Positions 9,909 through 20,294 of a stretch of DNA of 64,000 nt are shown here, piece after piece (the first letter of the stretch is position 1; every line of letters starts with the position of its first letter). The translations under genes were made by a program, and so were the position numbers. The notes beneath the pieces were generated by a model. The model made no database searches, was not told the DNA's origin, and saw nothing but the letters and a program-made list of their open reading frames with translations. The DNA lies in NCBI GenBank assembly GCA_021793195.1, contig JAJYTG010000002.1, forward strand, positions 2,969-66,968, in the 5' to 3' direction. The stretch is from Pseudomonadota bacterium (GTDB lineage: Bacteria; Pseudomonadota; Gammaproteobacteria; Xanthomonadales; Rhodanobacteraceae).

Positions 9909-11315
9909 ATGACCGTCCGCACCCGCTTCGCCCCCAGTCCAACCGGTTACCTGCACATCGGCGGCGCACGCACCGCGCTGTACTGCTGGCTGCAGGCGCG
10001 CCATCGCGGCGGGCAGTTCATCCTGCGGGTCGAGGACACCGATCGCGAGCGCTCCACCGATGCCGCGGTGCAGGCGATTCTCGACGGCATGCAGTGGCTG
10101 GGCCTGGCCTGGGACGAGGGTCCGGTGTTCCAGACCGCGCGCATGGACCGCTACCGCGAGGTCGCCGAAGGCCTGATCGCGGCCGGCAAGGCCTACCGCT
10201 GCTGGTGTTCGCGCGAGCGTCTGGATGCCCTGCGCGCGCAGGCGCTGGCCACAGGCGCCAAACCGCGCTACGACGGCCACTGCCGCACGCACGCCGAGCC
10301 GGTGCCCGGGATCACGCCGGTGATCCGCTTCCGCAATCCCGACGTCGGCACGGTGGTGTTCGACGACCGCGTCAAGGGTCGCATCGAGTGGAGCAACAGC
10401 GAGCTCGATGACCTGGTGATCTTCCGCTCCGACGGCTATCCGACCTACAACTTCGCGGTGGTGGTCGACGACATCGACATGCGTATCACCGACGTGATCC
10501 GCGGCGACGACCACGTCAACAACACGCCGCGCCAGATCAACATCTACGCGGCGCTGGGCGCGCCGGTGCCGGACTTCGCGCATCTGCCGATGATCCTCGG
10601 CGCCGACGGCCAGAAGCTGAGCAAGCGCCACGGCGCGCTGGGCGTGATGCAGTACCGCGACGACGGCTATCTGCCGCACGCATTGCTCAACTACCTGGTG
10701 CGGCTGGGCTGGTCGCACGGCGACCAGGAGATCTTCTCGATCGCCGAGATGATCGCGCTGTTCGACATCGCCGACGTCAACAAGGCCGCCTCGCGTTTCG
10801 ATCTGGCCAAGCTGGGCTGGCTCAACCAGCATTACCTCAAGCACGACGACCCGGCCGCGCTGGCGCCCGAATTCGCATGGCACCTGCGCGCGGCCGGCAT
10901 CGATCCGGCCACCGGGCCGGCACCGGCCGACGTCATCGTCGCCCTGCGCGATCGCGTGCAGACGCTGAAGGAAATGGCCGATCGCGCGCGCATCTGGTAC
11001 GCGCCGATCGCGCAGTGGGACGCCAAGGCCGTCCAGAAGCATCTCAAGGCCGACGGCGCGGCGGCGCTGCTGGCCGCGGCGCACACCGCGTTCGCGGCGC
11101 TGCCGGCATGGAGCCCGGAAGCCGTGCATGGCGCGATCGAGCAGGTCGCCGCGGCACAGGGCGTCGGCATGGGCAAGGTGGCGCAACCGCTGCGCGTGGC
11201 GATCACCGGCACTGCGGTGTCGCCCTCGATCGAGCACACGATTTACCTCGCCGGCCGCGACGAGGCCCTGCGCCGCATCGACGCCGCGCTGGCGCTGGCT
11301 GCATCCCCGGGCTGA
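9909..11315 (+). CDS. gltX: Glutamate--tRNA ligase
   Basis: [16 protein letters not shown] (HIGH), IRGDDH, KLSKRHG (KMSKS), anticodon domain PLRVAITG. Confidence 0.97.
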   Translation: MTVRTRFAPSPTGYLHIGGARTALYCWLQARHRGGQFILRVEDTDRERSTDAAVQAILDGMQWLGLAWDEGPVFQTARMDRYREVAEGLIAAGKAYRCWCSRERLDALRAQALATGAKPRYDGHCRTHAEPVPGITPVIRFRNPDVGTVVFDDRVKGRIEWSNSELDDLVIFRSDGYPTYNFAVVVDDIDMRITDVIRGDDHVNNTPRQINIYAALGAPVPDFAHLPMILGADGQKLSKRHGALGVMQYRDDGYLPHALLNYLVRLGWSHGDQEIFSIAEMIALFDIADVNKAASRFDLAKLGWLNQHYLKHDDPAALAPEFAWHLRAAGIDPATGPAPADVIVALRDRVQTLKEMADRARIWYAPIAQWDAKAVQKHLKADGAAALLAAAHTAFAALPAWSPEAVHGAIEQVAAAQGVGMGKVAQPLRVAITGTAVSPSIEHTIYLAGRDEALRRIDAALALAASPG

Positions 11316-11432
11316 CCGCGCCGGTCTGGCCGCGACAGCTTCCGTGCGGCGCCGATGCGGGCTGTCCCGCCGCCTCGCCGCGTCGGATGCGCGAACGGAT
11401 CGCGGTGATACCCTGCGAACAGGACAGTCCGC

Positions 11433-11930
11433 ATGAGCCTTGCCAGCGCCCGCCACGTTCATTCCCAGGCCCGTCGCGCCGACCGCTATCTGCGCGAGGT
11501 CGAGGATGCCTGCCGCGCGCGTTCGTTGCGGCTGACGCCATCGCGGCGGGAAGTGCTGGCGCTGGTCGCCGCGGCCGGCCGTCCGGTGAAAGCCTACGAT
11601 CTGCTGGAGAGCCTGCGCGAGCGGCACGCCGCGGCGGCACCGCCCACGGTCTATCGCGCGCTGGATTTCCTGCTCGATCACGGTTTCATCCATCGTCTGG
11701 AATCGATCAACGCCTTCGTTTCCTGCCACCATCCGGCCGAGGCGCATCAGGTGCCGTTCCTGATCTGCGATGTCTGCGGGGATGCCGAGGAACTGTGCGA
11801 CGGCGGCACCGTCGCCGGCCTGATCGAGAGCGAGGCCGATCGCCGCGGTTTCCGACCGCGATCGCAGACCCTCGAGGTCCACGGGCTGTGCGCCCGTTGC
11901 GGCGTGAATGCCGCGGCGCCCGCCGCCTGA
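11433..11930 (+). CDS. zur: Fur-family regulator, Zur type
   Basis: LRLTPSRR, PPTVYRALDFL..GFIHRLES, CDVC and CARC. Lies between gltX and a CDF zinc exporter. Confidence 0.85.
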   Translation: MSLASARHVHSQARRADRYLREVEDACRARSLRLTPSRREVLALVAAAGRPVKAYDLLESLRERHAAAAPPTVYRALDFLLDHGFIHRLESINAFVSCHHPAEAHQVPFLICDVCGDAEELCDGGTVAGLIESEADRRGFRPRSQTLEVHGLCARCGVNAAAPAA

Positions 11931-12058
11931 GCGTTCCAGATCACGGCAACCGCAGCGCTGCCGCGCCGGCTTGGCACCGGCCGCGGTCGCGGTGCGCGGC
12001 CGGCTGCGGCGCGGGTCGCGGGTCGGGTGATTGTGTAACGCGTGCATGCGCGTGAAGA

Positions 12059-13030
12059 ATGCGCGGCATGACCTCGATCCCTCCGCATCCTCGCGCCGCT
12101 GCCGTTGCCGGCCATGATCACGAAAGCGTCGACGTGCCCGCGGTCGCCGCGGGCGATCGCCGCGGCCTGCGTCTGGGCATCGCCCTGGCGCTGACTCTGC
12201 TGATGCTGGCGGTGGAGGCCGCGGGCGGGCTGTTTTCCGGTTCGCTGGCGCTGCTGGCCGATGCCGGCCACATGCTGATCGACTCGCTGGCGCTGGGATT
12301 GGCCTGGGCCAGTGCCGGCATGGCCCTGCGCCAGGCCGATACGCGCCGCAGCTTCGGTTACGCGCGCTTCGAGGTGCTGGCCGGCTTCGTCAATGCGTTG
12401 ACCCAGTTTCTGCTGGTCGGCTGGATCGCGTGGGAGGCCGTGCAGCGGCTGCTGACGCCGCACGCGATCCTGTCCGGGGTGATGCTCGCGGTGGCCGCCA
12501 TCGGCCTGGTGGTCAACACGCTGGTACTGCGGCTGCTGCACCAGCATGACCACGACGACGTCAACATGGCGGCGGCCAACCTGCACGTGCTGGGCGATCT
12601 GCTGGGTTCGGTCGCCACGGTAGTGGCGGCGCTGCTGGTGCGCTGGGAGCACTGGCTGTGGGCGGATCCGGCACTGTCGCTGCTGGTCTGCGCGCTGCTG
12701 CTGCGCAGCGCCTTCGTCCTGCTGCGCCGGTCGACGCACATCCTGCTCGAGGGCACGCCCGAGGGCCTCGATCCCGAAACGCTGGCGCTGGCGCTGCGCG
12801 ATGCCGATGCCGCGATCCGCGACGTGCATCATCTGCACCTCTGGCAGATCGCCAGCGGTCAGCGCATGGCCACGCTGCACGTGCGCGTCGAAGTCGCCGC
12901 GGATGCCGAACGCGCGCGGCGCGCGGTCAAGACCATGCTGCACGACCGTTATGCGATCGGCCATGCCACCGTCGAGATCGAACGCGATGCCTGCAGCGAT
13001 CCGGACGGACACGATTGCGCGTCCGGCTAG
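12059..13030 (+). CDS. Cation diffusion facilitator (ZitB/CzcD-like Zn/Cd/Co exporter)
   Basis: SLALLADAGHMLID, HVLGDLLGS, ADPALSLL, DVHHLHLW. Start could be 12068. Confidence 0.92.
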   Translation: MRGMTSIPPHPRAAAVAGHDHESVDVPAVAAGDRRGLRLGIALALTLLMLAVEAAGGLFSGSLALLADAGHMLIDSLALGLAWASAGMALRQADTRRSFGYARFEVLAGFVNALTQFLLVGWIAWEAVQRLLTPHAILSGVMLAVAAIGLVVNTLVLRLLHQHDHDDVNMAAANLHVLGDLLGSVATVVAALLVRWEHWLWADPALSLLVCALLLRSAFVLLRRSTHILLEGTPEGLDPETLALALRDADAAIRDVHHLHLWQIASGQRMATLHVRVEVAADAERARRAVKTMLHDRYAIGHATVEIERDACSDPDGHDCASG

Positions 13031-13191
13031 TGGGGTGTCCCGGAAGTACGCGCCAGCGATTGCCGATGGATTGCGGTGCGAGACCCGGCGCGACGAGGAG
13101 TCATGGCCGCGCCATGGCGACGAGGCGCAACGCGGTATCGCGCCGAAAGACGCGGGAATGATGGATGCGCATTTCCGGGACACCACGCTAG
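13027..13191. mobile_element. 165-bp MITE-like palindromic element
   Basis: Ends CTAGTGGGGTGTCCCGGAAGT and (reverse complement) CTAGCGTGGTGTCCCGGAAAT are 21-nt inverted repeats with 3 mismatches. Nested inner stems and a central CATGGC-CGC-GCCATG hairpin. No transposase. Confidence 0.75.
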
Positions 13192-13256
13192 GCGCCGGCG
13201 CGCGCCGGCTGGTATCCTGCCGCCACCCGAATCACGCATTCTCCGAGGATCCATCC

Positions 13257-13418
13257 ATGGGCAAGGGCGATCGCAAGACCACCCGCGGCAAGACATCTCG
13301 CGGCAGCTACGGCAACAGCCGCCCGCACAAGGAAAAAACGGTCGTCGTGACCAAGGCCGTGGTGACCAGCAAGCCGGCGGTGAAAAAGGCGGCGCCGAGG
13401 AAGAAGACGGCCGTCTGA
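13257..13418 (+). CDS. thx: 30S ribosomal protein Thx (bTHX) with Lys/Ala-rich tail, 53 aa
   Basis: MGKGDRKTTRGKTSRGSYGNSRPHK is the Thx signature. GAGGA RBS; extended -10 TGGTATCCT at 13210-13218; terminator follows. Confidence 0.92.
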   Translation: MGKGDRKTTRGKTSRGSYGNSRPHKEKTVVVTKAVVTSKPAVKKAAPRKKTAV

Positions 13419-13445
13419 CCGGGCGTCGAGTGCCGGCGTGACACC

Positions 13446-13475
13446 AGGCCCCCGCAGCGCGGGGGCTTCGCGTTT
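13446..13475 (+). terminator. Terminator between thx and convergent hutI
   Basis: GCCCCCGC-AGC-GCGGGGGC followed by TTCGCGTTT. Confidence 0.7.
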
Positions 13476-14707
13476 CAGGGCGCGGCGTTGCTGCCGAGTT
13501 CGCGGCCGCCGGCGATCACCCGCCGCGCGCGCGGCCCGGCGATCCAGTACACCAGTTCGGCCACGCTCTCGACGTCCCACAGCACCAGATCGGCGCGCAG
13601 TCCCGACGCCAGCCGGCCGCGGTCACCGAGGCCCAGCGCACGCGCGGCGTTGACCGTCGTGCCGCGCAGCGCTTCGTCCGGCGTCAGCCGGAACAGCGTG
13701 CAGGCCAAGTTCATCGCCAGTCGCAGCGAGGCCAGCGGCGAGGTGCCGGGGTTGAGGTCGGTCGCGACCGCGATCGGCACGCCCTGCGCGCGCAGCGTCG
13801 CCAGCGGCGGCCGGCGGGTTTCGCCCAGAGTGTAGAACGCACCCGGCAGCAGCACCGCGACGCTGCCCGCGGCGGCCATGGCGGCGATACCGGCAGCATC
13901 GCTGTATTCGATGTGATCGGCCGACAACGCACCGAACTCCGCGGCCAGCGCCGCGCCTCCACAGTCGGTCAGCTGGTCGGCGTGCAGCTTGACCGCGATG
14001 CCGTGCCGACGCGCGGCGACAAACAGGCGCCGCACCTCGGTCGGCGTGAACGCGATGCCCTCGCAGAAGGCGTCCACGGCGTCGGCCAGCCCGGCCCCGG
14101 TGGCGGCGGGCAGCAAGCTGTTGCAGGCGAAATCGACCCAGCCGTCGCGGTCGTGCGCGTACTCCGGCGGCAGCGCGTGCAGCGCCAGGAGGGTGGTGCG
14201 CACGCCGATGCCCAGCGTCTCGCCGAGGCGCCGCGCGACGCGCAGCATCGCCAGTTCGGTGGCGAGATCCAGCCCGTAGCCGGACTTGATCTCCAGCGTG
14301 GTCACGCCGTCGGCGAGCAGCGCCCGTGCACGCGGCAGCGCCGCCGCCAGCAGCGCGTCCTCGCCGGCCGCGCGGGTGGCGCGCACGGTGGCCAGGATGC
14401 CGCCCCCGGAGGTCGCGATCGCGGCGTAGCTCTCGCCCCGCAGGCGACGTTCGAATTCGTCGGCGCGCGAACCGGCGAAGACCAGATGCGTATGGCAGTC
14501 GATCAGCCCCGGCGTGACCAGCGCGCCACGGGCGTCGGTCGCGCTGTCGCGCAGATCATCGAATGCGCGCGGCAGATCGCGGCTGGCGCCGACCCAGACG
14601 ATGCGGCCGTCTCGCCAGGCCAGGGCCCCGTCATCGAGCAGGTCGCAGTCGCCGTCCGCGAGCGTGGCCAGGCGCGCGTGCAGCAGCAGGCCGCAGGCCG
14701 TGTTCAT
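13475..14707 (-). CDS. hutI: Imidazolonepropionase
   Basis: [57 protein letters not shown]. Confidence 0.95.
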   Translation of the reverse strand: MNTACGLLLHARLATLADGDCDLLDDGALAWRDGRIVWVGASRDLPRAFDDLRDSATDARGALVTPGLIDCHTHLVFAGSRADEFERRLRGESYAAIATSGGGILATVRATRAAGEDALLAAALPRARALLADGVTTLEIKSGYGLDLATELAMLRVARRLGETLGIGVRTTLLALHALPPEYAHDRDGWVDFACNSLLPAATGAGLADAVDAFCEGIAFTPTEVRRLFVAARRHGIAVKLHADQLTDCGGAALAAEFGALSADHIEYSDAAGIAAMAAAGSVAVLLPGAFYTLGETRRPPLATLRAQGVPIAVATDLNPGTSPLASLRLAMNLACTLFRLTPDEALRGTTVNAARALGLGDRGRLASGLRADLVLWDVESVAELVYWIAGPRARRVIAGGRELGSNAAP

Positions 14708-16017
14708 GCGCCGGTTCCGGAGTCGGCGCCGCGCTGGCGCTCGTAGTCGGCCACCAGACGATCGGCGAAGGCACTGTAGATCGGCTTCTTGCACAGCAGC
14801 CCCGAGAAGGCGCGCGCCAGCAGGCACACCGCCATGATCGGCAGCACCAGGCCCTGGTTGTTGGTCAGCTCCAGCGAGATCACCGCCGCGGTCAGCGGGG
14901 TCTGGGTCACGCCGGCAAGGTAGCCGGCCATCCCCAGCAGCATCACCGCCGCCGGATCGACATGCGGAAACAGCGGCGCGAGGTTGTGGCCGATGCCGGT
15001 GCCGACCGCCAGCGCCGGCGAGAACAGGCCGCCGGGGATCCAGGCCCAGTAGGAGACGATGTTGGCCAGCAGCTTGAGCACGCCGAAACTTTCGCCGGGC
15101 GCGTGCGCCTCGTGCTGCAGCAGGGCGCGCGCCTGGTCGTAGCCGGTGCCGTAGACGCTGCCGTGGCTGAGCAGGCCCAGGCCCACCAGCGCCAGTCCGC
15201 AGCCGGCGGCAAACCATACCGGGAAGCGCGTGCGCAGCGCCGCCAGTTTCGGCAGCGGGCCGGCGTCGAGCAGGATCGCGCGCGCGAACGCGCCGCCCAG
15301 CAGACCGCCGAGGATGCCCAGCGCCAGCACCGCCAGCCAGCCCTCGCCCAGCGGCAGGCTGGCGTGCACGGTGCCGAAATAGCTGTAGTTGCCGATCAGG
15401 CCCAGCGACACCACGCCGGAAAAGAACACCGCGGCGATGATGATGCCGCTGAGGCGATGCTCGAAGGCGCCGGCCAGCTCCTCGATCGCGAACACCACGC
15501 CGGCCAGCGGCGTGTTGAACGCGGCCGCCAGACCCGCGCCGCCGCCGGCGAGGATGAAGCGCGCGGCCTGCTTTGGATCGTCGAAACCGAAGCGCTTGCC
15601 CAGCGCGTACATCACGCCGCTGCCGACGTGCACGGTCGGACCCTCGCGACCGATCGAGGCGCCGACCAGCAGGCCGAGCAGGGTCAGGCCCATCTTGCCG
15701 GCGACCACCGGCAGTCCCAGCAGGCGGTCGTTGAGGCTGCGATCCTCGACCTGCAGCGCGGCAATCACCTCGGGGATGCCGCTGCCACGCGCACCCGGCA
15801 GCTTGCGCGAGGTGATCCAGCCCATCGCCGCGAACACCAATGGCGTGATCAGCAGCGCGATCCACGCACGTCCCGCGATCACCCGCACGAAGGTGTCGTA
15901 GGCCCAGGTCGTCGTTTCCGCAAAGAACACCGCAGCCAGGCCCACCAGGATGGCCCCGCTCCACAGCACCGCGCGACGCTTCCACGGGCGCTGCTCGGCT
16001 TCGGCGGGATGCGGCAT
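14704..16017 (-). CDS. ClC-family H+/Cl- antiporter (no CBS domains)
   Basis: GSGIP, GREGP (gating Glu), [15 protein letters not shown] (inner Glu), GGLFSP, PIY. Stop overlaps the hutI start (ATGA). Confidence 0.92.
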   Translation of the reverse strand: MPHPAEAEQRPWKRRAVLWSGAILVGLAAVFFAETTTWAYDTFVRVIAGRAWIALLITPLVFAAMGWITSRKLPGARGSGIPEVIAALQVEDRSLNDRLLGLPVVAGKMGLTLLGLLVGASIGREGPTVHVGSGVMYALGKRFGFDDPKQAARFILAGGGAGLAAAFNTPLAGVVFAIEELAGAFEHRLSGIIIAAVFFSGVVSLGLIGNYSYFGTVHASLPLGEGWLAVLALGILGGLLGGAFARAILLDAGPLPKLAALRTRFPVWFAAGCGLALVGLGLLSHGSVYGTGYDQARALLQHEAHAPGESFGVLKLLANIVSYWAWIPGGLFSPALAVGTGIGHNLAPLFPHVDPAAVMLLGMAGYLAGVTQTPLTAAVISLELTNNQGLVLPIMAVCLLARAFSGLLCKKPIYSAFADRLVADYERQRGADSGTGA

Positions 16018-16146
16018 GGGCGGGTCCGGTCGGATCGGCGGCTGCTCATTATTGCAGGACGGCGGCGCGCGGATCCGGCCCACCGGCCGGCTGGCATGCA
16101 CTCCACGCCCCGGTTAGCCTGCGCCATCGCCGATCGAGGAGCGCCG

Positions 16147-17493
16147 ATGTCATCCGACCTGCCGGTTCACCGTGCCTGGTTGCCCAGCGGTTGGTGCACC
16201 GCACGGCTGCGTGGCGACACGGGTGATTTCGCTCTCGAGCCGCTGGCGACCCCCGAACCGGGTGCCACCGGCATCCTGCTGCCGGGCCTGCCCAACCTGC
16301 ATTCGCACGCGTTCCAGCGCGCGATGGCGGGGCTGGCCGAGCGCGGCAGCGCGCAGCGCGACAACTTCTGGAGCTGGCGCGAGACCATGTACGCCTTCGC
16401 CGCGCGCATCGATCCCGATGCATTGCACGCGATCGCCGCGCAGCTCTACGTCGAGATGCTGGAGGCCGGTTACACCCGGGTCTGCGAATTCCACTACCTG
16501 CACCACGCGCCGGACGGCCGCCCGTACGCGGATGCCACCGCGATGGCGCAAGCACTGATTGCGGCCGCGCACGAGACCGGCATCGGTCTGACCCTGCTGC
16601 CGACGCTGTACCTGCGTGGCGGCTTCGACGACCGTCCGCTGGCGCCGCGGCAGCAGCGCTTCGCGCACACCGTCGACGGTTTTCTCGATCTCGTCGCGGC
16701 GTTGCGCACGCAGGAGCAACCCGGCCTCAACGTCGGCATCGCGTTGCATTCGTTGCGCGCGGTGCCGGCGGACGCGCTGCGCGCCGTGCTTGCCTCGCAG
16801 CTGGCGGCGACGGGGCCGATCCACATCCACGTCGCCGAGCAGACCGCCGAGGTCGACGACTGTCTTGCCGCGACCGGCCAGCGCCCGCTGGCCTGGCTGC
16901 TCGACCACGCGCCGGTGGATGCGCGCTGGTGCCTGGTGCACGCCACCCACATGGACGCCGACGAGACCGCGCGGCTGGCGCGATCCGGCGCCGTCGCCGG
17001 CCTGTGTCCGACCACCGAGGCCAACCTCGGCGACGGCCTGTTCCCGCTGGTCGAGTATCTGGTGCTGGGCGGGCGCATCGGCGTCGGTTCCGACAGCCAG
17101 ATCTCGGTGTCGCCGGTCGAGGAGCTGCGCTGGCTGGAGTACGGCCAGCGGCTGACGCGGCGCGCGCGCAATCTCGCCGCCAGCGCGGCGCAGCCGCACA
17201 GCGGCGCGCGGCTGTTCGCGGCGGCGCTGGAGGGCGGCCTCGCAGCCAGCGGGCTGGAGGCAATCCGGCCCTATGCCGCCGGCGCGCTGGTGCTGGACGA
17301 TGCGCATCCGCTGCTGGCCGCGCGCGCGGACGACGAGCTGCTCGACAGCTGGATCTTCGCCGGCAACGCACCGCTGGTGCGCGCGGTGTGGACCCAGGCC
17401 GGGCCGGTGGTCTCCGATGGTCGCCACCGCCAGCGCGAGCGAGTGGCCACGCGCTATCGCGCCACCCTGCGCCGCCTGCGCGCCGCCGACTGA
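16147..17493 (+). CDS. hutF: N-formimino-L-glutamate deiminase
   Basis: PGLPNLHSHAFQRAMAG, FWSWRETMY, EFHYLHH, HIHVAEQ, CPTTEANLGDG, EELRWLEYGQRL. GAGGAG RBS. Confidence 0.95.
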   Translation: MSSDLPVHRAWLPSGWCTARLRGDTGDFALEPLATPEPGATGILLPGLPNLHSHAFQRAMAGLAERGSAQRDNFWSWRETMYAFAARIDPDALHAIAAQLYVEMLEAGYTRVCEFHYLHHAPDGRPYADATAMAQALIAAAHETGIGLTLLPTLYLRGGFDDRPLAPRQQRFAHTVDGFLDLVAALRTQEQPGLNVGIALHSLRAVPADALRAVLASQLAATGPIHIHVAEQTAEVDDCLAATGQRPLAWLLDHAPVDARWCLVHATHMDADETARLARSGAVAGLCPTTEANLGDGLFPLVEYLVLGGRIGVGSDSQISVSPVEELRWLEYGQRLTRRARNLAASAAQPHSGARLFAAALEGGLAASGLEAIRPYAAGALVLDDAHPLLAARADDELLDSWIFAGNAPLVRAVWTQAGPVVSDGRHRQRERVATRYRATLRRLRAAD

Positions 17494-17569
17494 TTCCGCG
17501 CGGCCGCAGCGGCCGCCTGCAATCAGCCGTGCTGCCGAAGACCGACGGGTCGCATCGAAAGCATCCCGT

Positions 17570-19279
17570 TCAAGGCACGGCCATGGCTACCAGGCCGGGA
17601 TGCAGCACCAGACGATTGCGGCCGTCCGCCTTGGCCCGGTACAGCGCCACATCGGCGCGCTGGATCAGCTGCTCGGGCGAGTCGTCGCCGCGGCCGAGGC
17701 CGGCGATGCCGATGCTGACGGTCATCGCCACCGGCTGGTCATCGATGCGCACGGCCATGGTATCGACGCGCTGGCGAATGCGTTCGCCGATCGCGATCGC
17801 GACCGCCGGCGACGCACCCGGCAGCAGGGCCACGAACTCCTCGCCGCCCCAGCGCGCCAGCACATCGCCCTGACGCAGCTCCTCGCCGACGGCGGCCGCC
17901 ACCGCTTTCAGGCAGGCGTCGCCGACCAGATGCCCGTAGCGGTCGTTGATCGCCTTGAAATGATCGATGTCGAGGAACAGCAGGGTCAGCGGGTGGTCGC
18001 CCTGGCGAGCCTCGGTCAGTGCCTCGGCCAGCTTCGGCATCAGCGCGCGGCGGTTGTACAGGCCGGTGAGCGGGTCATGCCGGGCTTCCTGGCGGGCGCG
18101 ATCGCGCTCGCGCCGCGCCTGCAGGGTCGCGAGGCCCAGACCCATGGTCAGCACCAGGCCGGACAGCGCCAGCGCGGCCGGCACGCCGAACTCCAGCCAG
18201 CCGGGCAACGGCAGTTGCAGCAGCAGCTGGCCGGCGCGCAGGGCGGTGAACAGCGACTGCGGCATCCACGCCAGCAGGAAGACGCCCGCGGCCACGCTGC
18301 CGCGTCGCCAGGACAGGGTCACCGCGCCGATTGCCGCGAGCGCGCCGAGCATGAACAGCAGATTGCCGATATCGGCCTGCCAGCTGCCGTGATGCCAGCT
18401 CATCGGCAGCAGGGCGGTGCCGGCCAGCGCCAGGAACGGCAGGCGCAACCACGCCAGCAAGTTTGCGTAGCGCGGGGTCAGCGTGCGCAGTTCGGCGAAT
18501 TCGATGATGAAGGACAGCGCGAACGGCGTGCTCAGCGCCGCCACGAACCAGAGCAGGCGGATGCCCCACGGTTCCATCCACGCCGTGCCGGGCAGCAGAT
18601 AGATATCGCCGCTGGCGATCAGCAGGTAGACGAACTGCGGCGCCAGATAGCCGACGAAGTAGCCGTAGAGCTTCTGCCGCAGCGCAGCCCAGAGGGTCAG
18701 TCCGACCAGCAGCATGGTGAACTGCACCGATTCGAACAGCACCATCACCCGCGTCCAGCCGACATCGGCGATGTGATAAGCCGCCTCGGGATACACCTGC
18801 AGCGTGAACGGCGTGCGCTTGCCTGACGGCGGCAGTTGCAGGTACACGGCCTGATCGGCACGCAGCGTGTGCGGCAGCTCGTACACCAGCGCCCGGCGCG
18901 AGAATCGCGCATCGCGCCGGTGTTGGGCGTGGTGCTGTACCTGCGGCCGGTAGTCGGGCGGCGCATACAGCGTCACCGGCTGGAAGCGCGCGTTGTGGAC
19001 CACCAGCAGCGGCGGAGTCCCTGCGTTCCAGTCGGCATCGAGCTGGATGCGATACCAGCGCTCGCCGCGGCGGGCGAAGACGAGGTCGGCGGCGTTGGCT
19101 GGACGAAAGGCGGCGGCCAGCGAGCCGCGCGTCACGGCCGCGGCGGTCGGGGTCGCCGCCGTGACCGGCAGCACGCTGATCCGCACCGGCGCGGCCTGCA
19201 ACAGCGGATCGGCGCGCACCGTGCCGGACGGCAGCGCCAACCCGCACAGCATGATCAGCAGCAAGCCGAACTGACGCAT
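17570..19279 (-). CDS. Membrane diguanylate cyclase with 7TM-DISM extracellular and 7TM domains
   Basis: Signal peptide, beta-rich periplasmic domain (WYRIQL), about 7 TM helices, DPLTGLYNRR, DIDHFKAIND, RQGD I-site, GGEEF. Confidence 0.9.
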   Translation of the reverse strand: MRQFGLLLIMLCGLALPSGTVRADPLLQAAPVRISVLPVTAATPTAAAVTRGSLAAAFRPANAADLVFARRGERWYRIQLDADWNAGTPPLLVVHNARFQPVTLYAPPDYRPQVQHHAQHRRDARFSRRALVYELPHTLRADQAVYLQLPPSGKRTPFTLQVYPEAAYHIADVGWTRVMVLFESVQFTMLLVGLTLWAALRQKLYGYFVGYLAPQFVYLLIASGDIYLLPGTAWMEPWGIRLLWFVAALSTPFALSFIIEFAELRTLTPRYANLLAWLRLPFLALAGTALLPMSWHHGSWQADIGNLLFMLGALAAIGAVTLSWRRGSVAAGVFLLAWMPQSLFTALRAGQLLLQLPLPGWLEFGVPAALALSGLVLTMGLGLATLQARRERDRARQEARHDPLTGLYNRRALMPKLAEALTEARQGDHPLTLLFLDIDHFKAINDRYGHLVGDACLKAVAAAVGEELRQGDVLARWGGEEFVALLPGASPAVAIAIGERIRQRVDTMAVRIDDQPVAMTVSIGIAGLGRGDDSPEQLIQRADVALYRAKADGRNRLVLHPGLVAMAVP

Positions 19280-19337
19280 CGTCCCATCCCCGGGCCCCGC
19301 TTCTCATCCTAGCGCTGACCGGGGTGCTCCCCAACTT

Positions 19338-20294
19338 TCACGCTGCGGCAGGCTCTCGCTGACCCGGCATCAGCGGCGATCGAACCGTGCGGCCCGCAAT
19401 GCCGGCGTCCGTGCCCGGGGCGGCCTTGCGATAGGCGGCGAGCCGGCGGGCGAGGGCGCCGGGACGCTCGGCGAAGACCCGGGCGCCCAGCGTCCATGCT
19501 TGCTCCTGCAGCGTCGTGCGCTCGTTGGCGATGCGGGCGGCGAGCGTGGCGTTGCCGGGACGCGCGACCAGCGGCGTGCGCAGCCGCGCGAACACCGTCG
19601 CCAGCAACTGCAGGTCGCGTTCCGCCCCCAGCAGCCGTGCGAGCCGGCGCGCTTCCCCGACCTGGGCGCCGATGACCTCGGGCCAGACCGGGTGCAGCAA
19701 CTCGAGCTGCAGCCGGTGCTCGCGTACCCGCTGCCGCCAGCGGTGCAGGTGGGCGGCCGGGTCGCGGCGTGCGCGGCGCAGCGCGCGGGCGGCGCGCGCG
19801 TAACCGCGGCGCAGCCCCTGCAGGATGTCGGCGTCGCTGGCGTCACCGGTCCAGGCGGCGACCGCGGTGCGCGCGGCGGCGAGCAGCGCGTCGACCCGAT
19901 CCAGCGCTTCGAACTGCTGCCGGCAGGCCGTGCTGCGCCGGCGTCGCAGTCGACTCATCAGCGCCGCGCGGGCGTTCTCCGCAAACAGCGGCGGCTGGCG
20001 TTTCGCCAGTTGCTCGACCGCCTCGATCACCGCCTGCGCATCGCGCAGCGCCGACAGCGCGGCGCCGGCATCGCGCAAGGGCTTTGCCAGCGGTTCGTAG
20101 TGTTCGCCGAGCGCCGGTCGCAGCATCTGCAGGATCGCCCGCGCCCGGCGCATGGCGCGGCGCGCTTCATGGATCGCGTCGTGCATCGCCGGCGTGCGCA
20201 GATTCAGCAGCGCCTGCGCGGCATCGATCTGCGCCAGCGCCAGCCGCTGCAGTTCCTGGCCCGCCGGCTGGCGGATGTCGAGCGCGAAGTCCAA
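19338..20294 (-). CDS. Stand-alone CHAD-domain protein
   Basis: IHEARRAMRRARA, LSALRDAQ, LHRWRQRVR, LGAERDL; Arg-rich and helical. Probable TTG start after AGGGGG; start uncertain. Confidence 0.85.
   Translation of the reverse strand: MDFALDIRQPAGQELQRLALAQIDAAQALLNLRTPAMHDAIHEARRAMRRARAILQMLRPALGEHYEPLAKPLRDAGAALSALRDAQAVIEAVEQLAKRQPPLFAENARAALMSRLRRRRSTACRQQFEALDRVDALLAAARTAVAAWTGDASDADILQGLRRGYARAARALRRARRDPAAHLHRWRQRVREHRLQLELLHPVWPEVIGAQVGEARRLARLLGAERDLQLLATVFARLRTPLVARPGNATLAARIANERTTLQEQAWTLGARVFAERPGALARRLAAYRKAAPGTDAGIAGRTVRSPLMPGQREPAAA

Noticed and set aside
13475-15985. Apparent long fusions in the ORF track (836-aa hutI, 976-aa hutF, 1096-aa ppsA, 747-aa lipoprotein, 879-aa fadJ)
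   Set aside because: The N-terminal extensions are stop-free frames overlapping real neighbouring genes. The true starts lie downstream where homology and RBSs begin.
14704-16017. ClC as a fluoride exporter (CLC-F)
   Set aside because: It has GSGIP/GREGP/GLFSP rather than GNNLI/GREGT/GEVTP, and I see no fluoride riboswitch.
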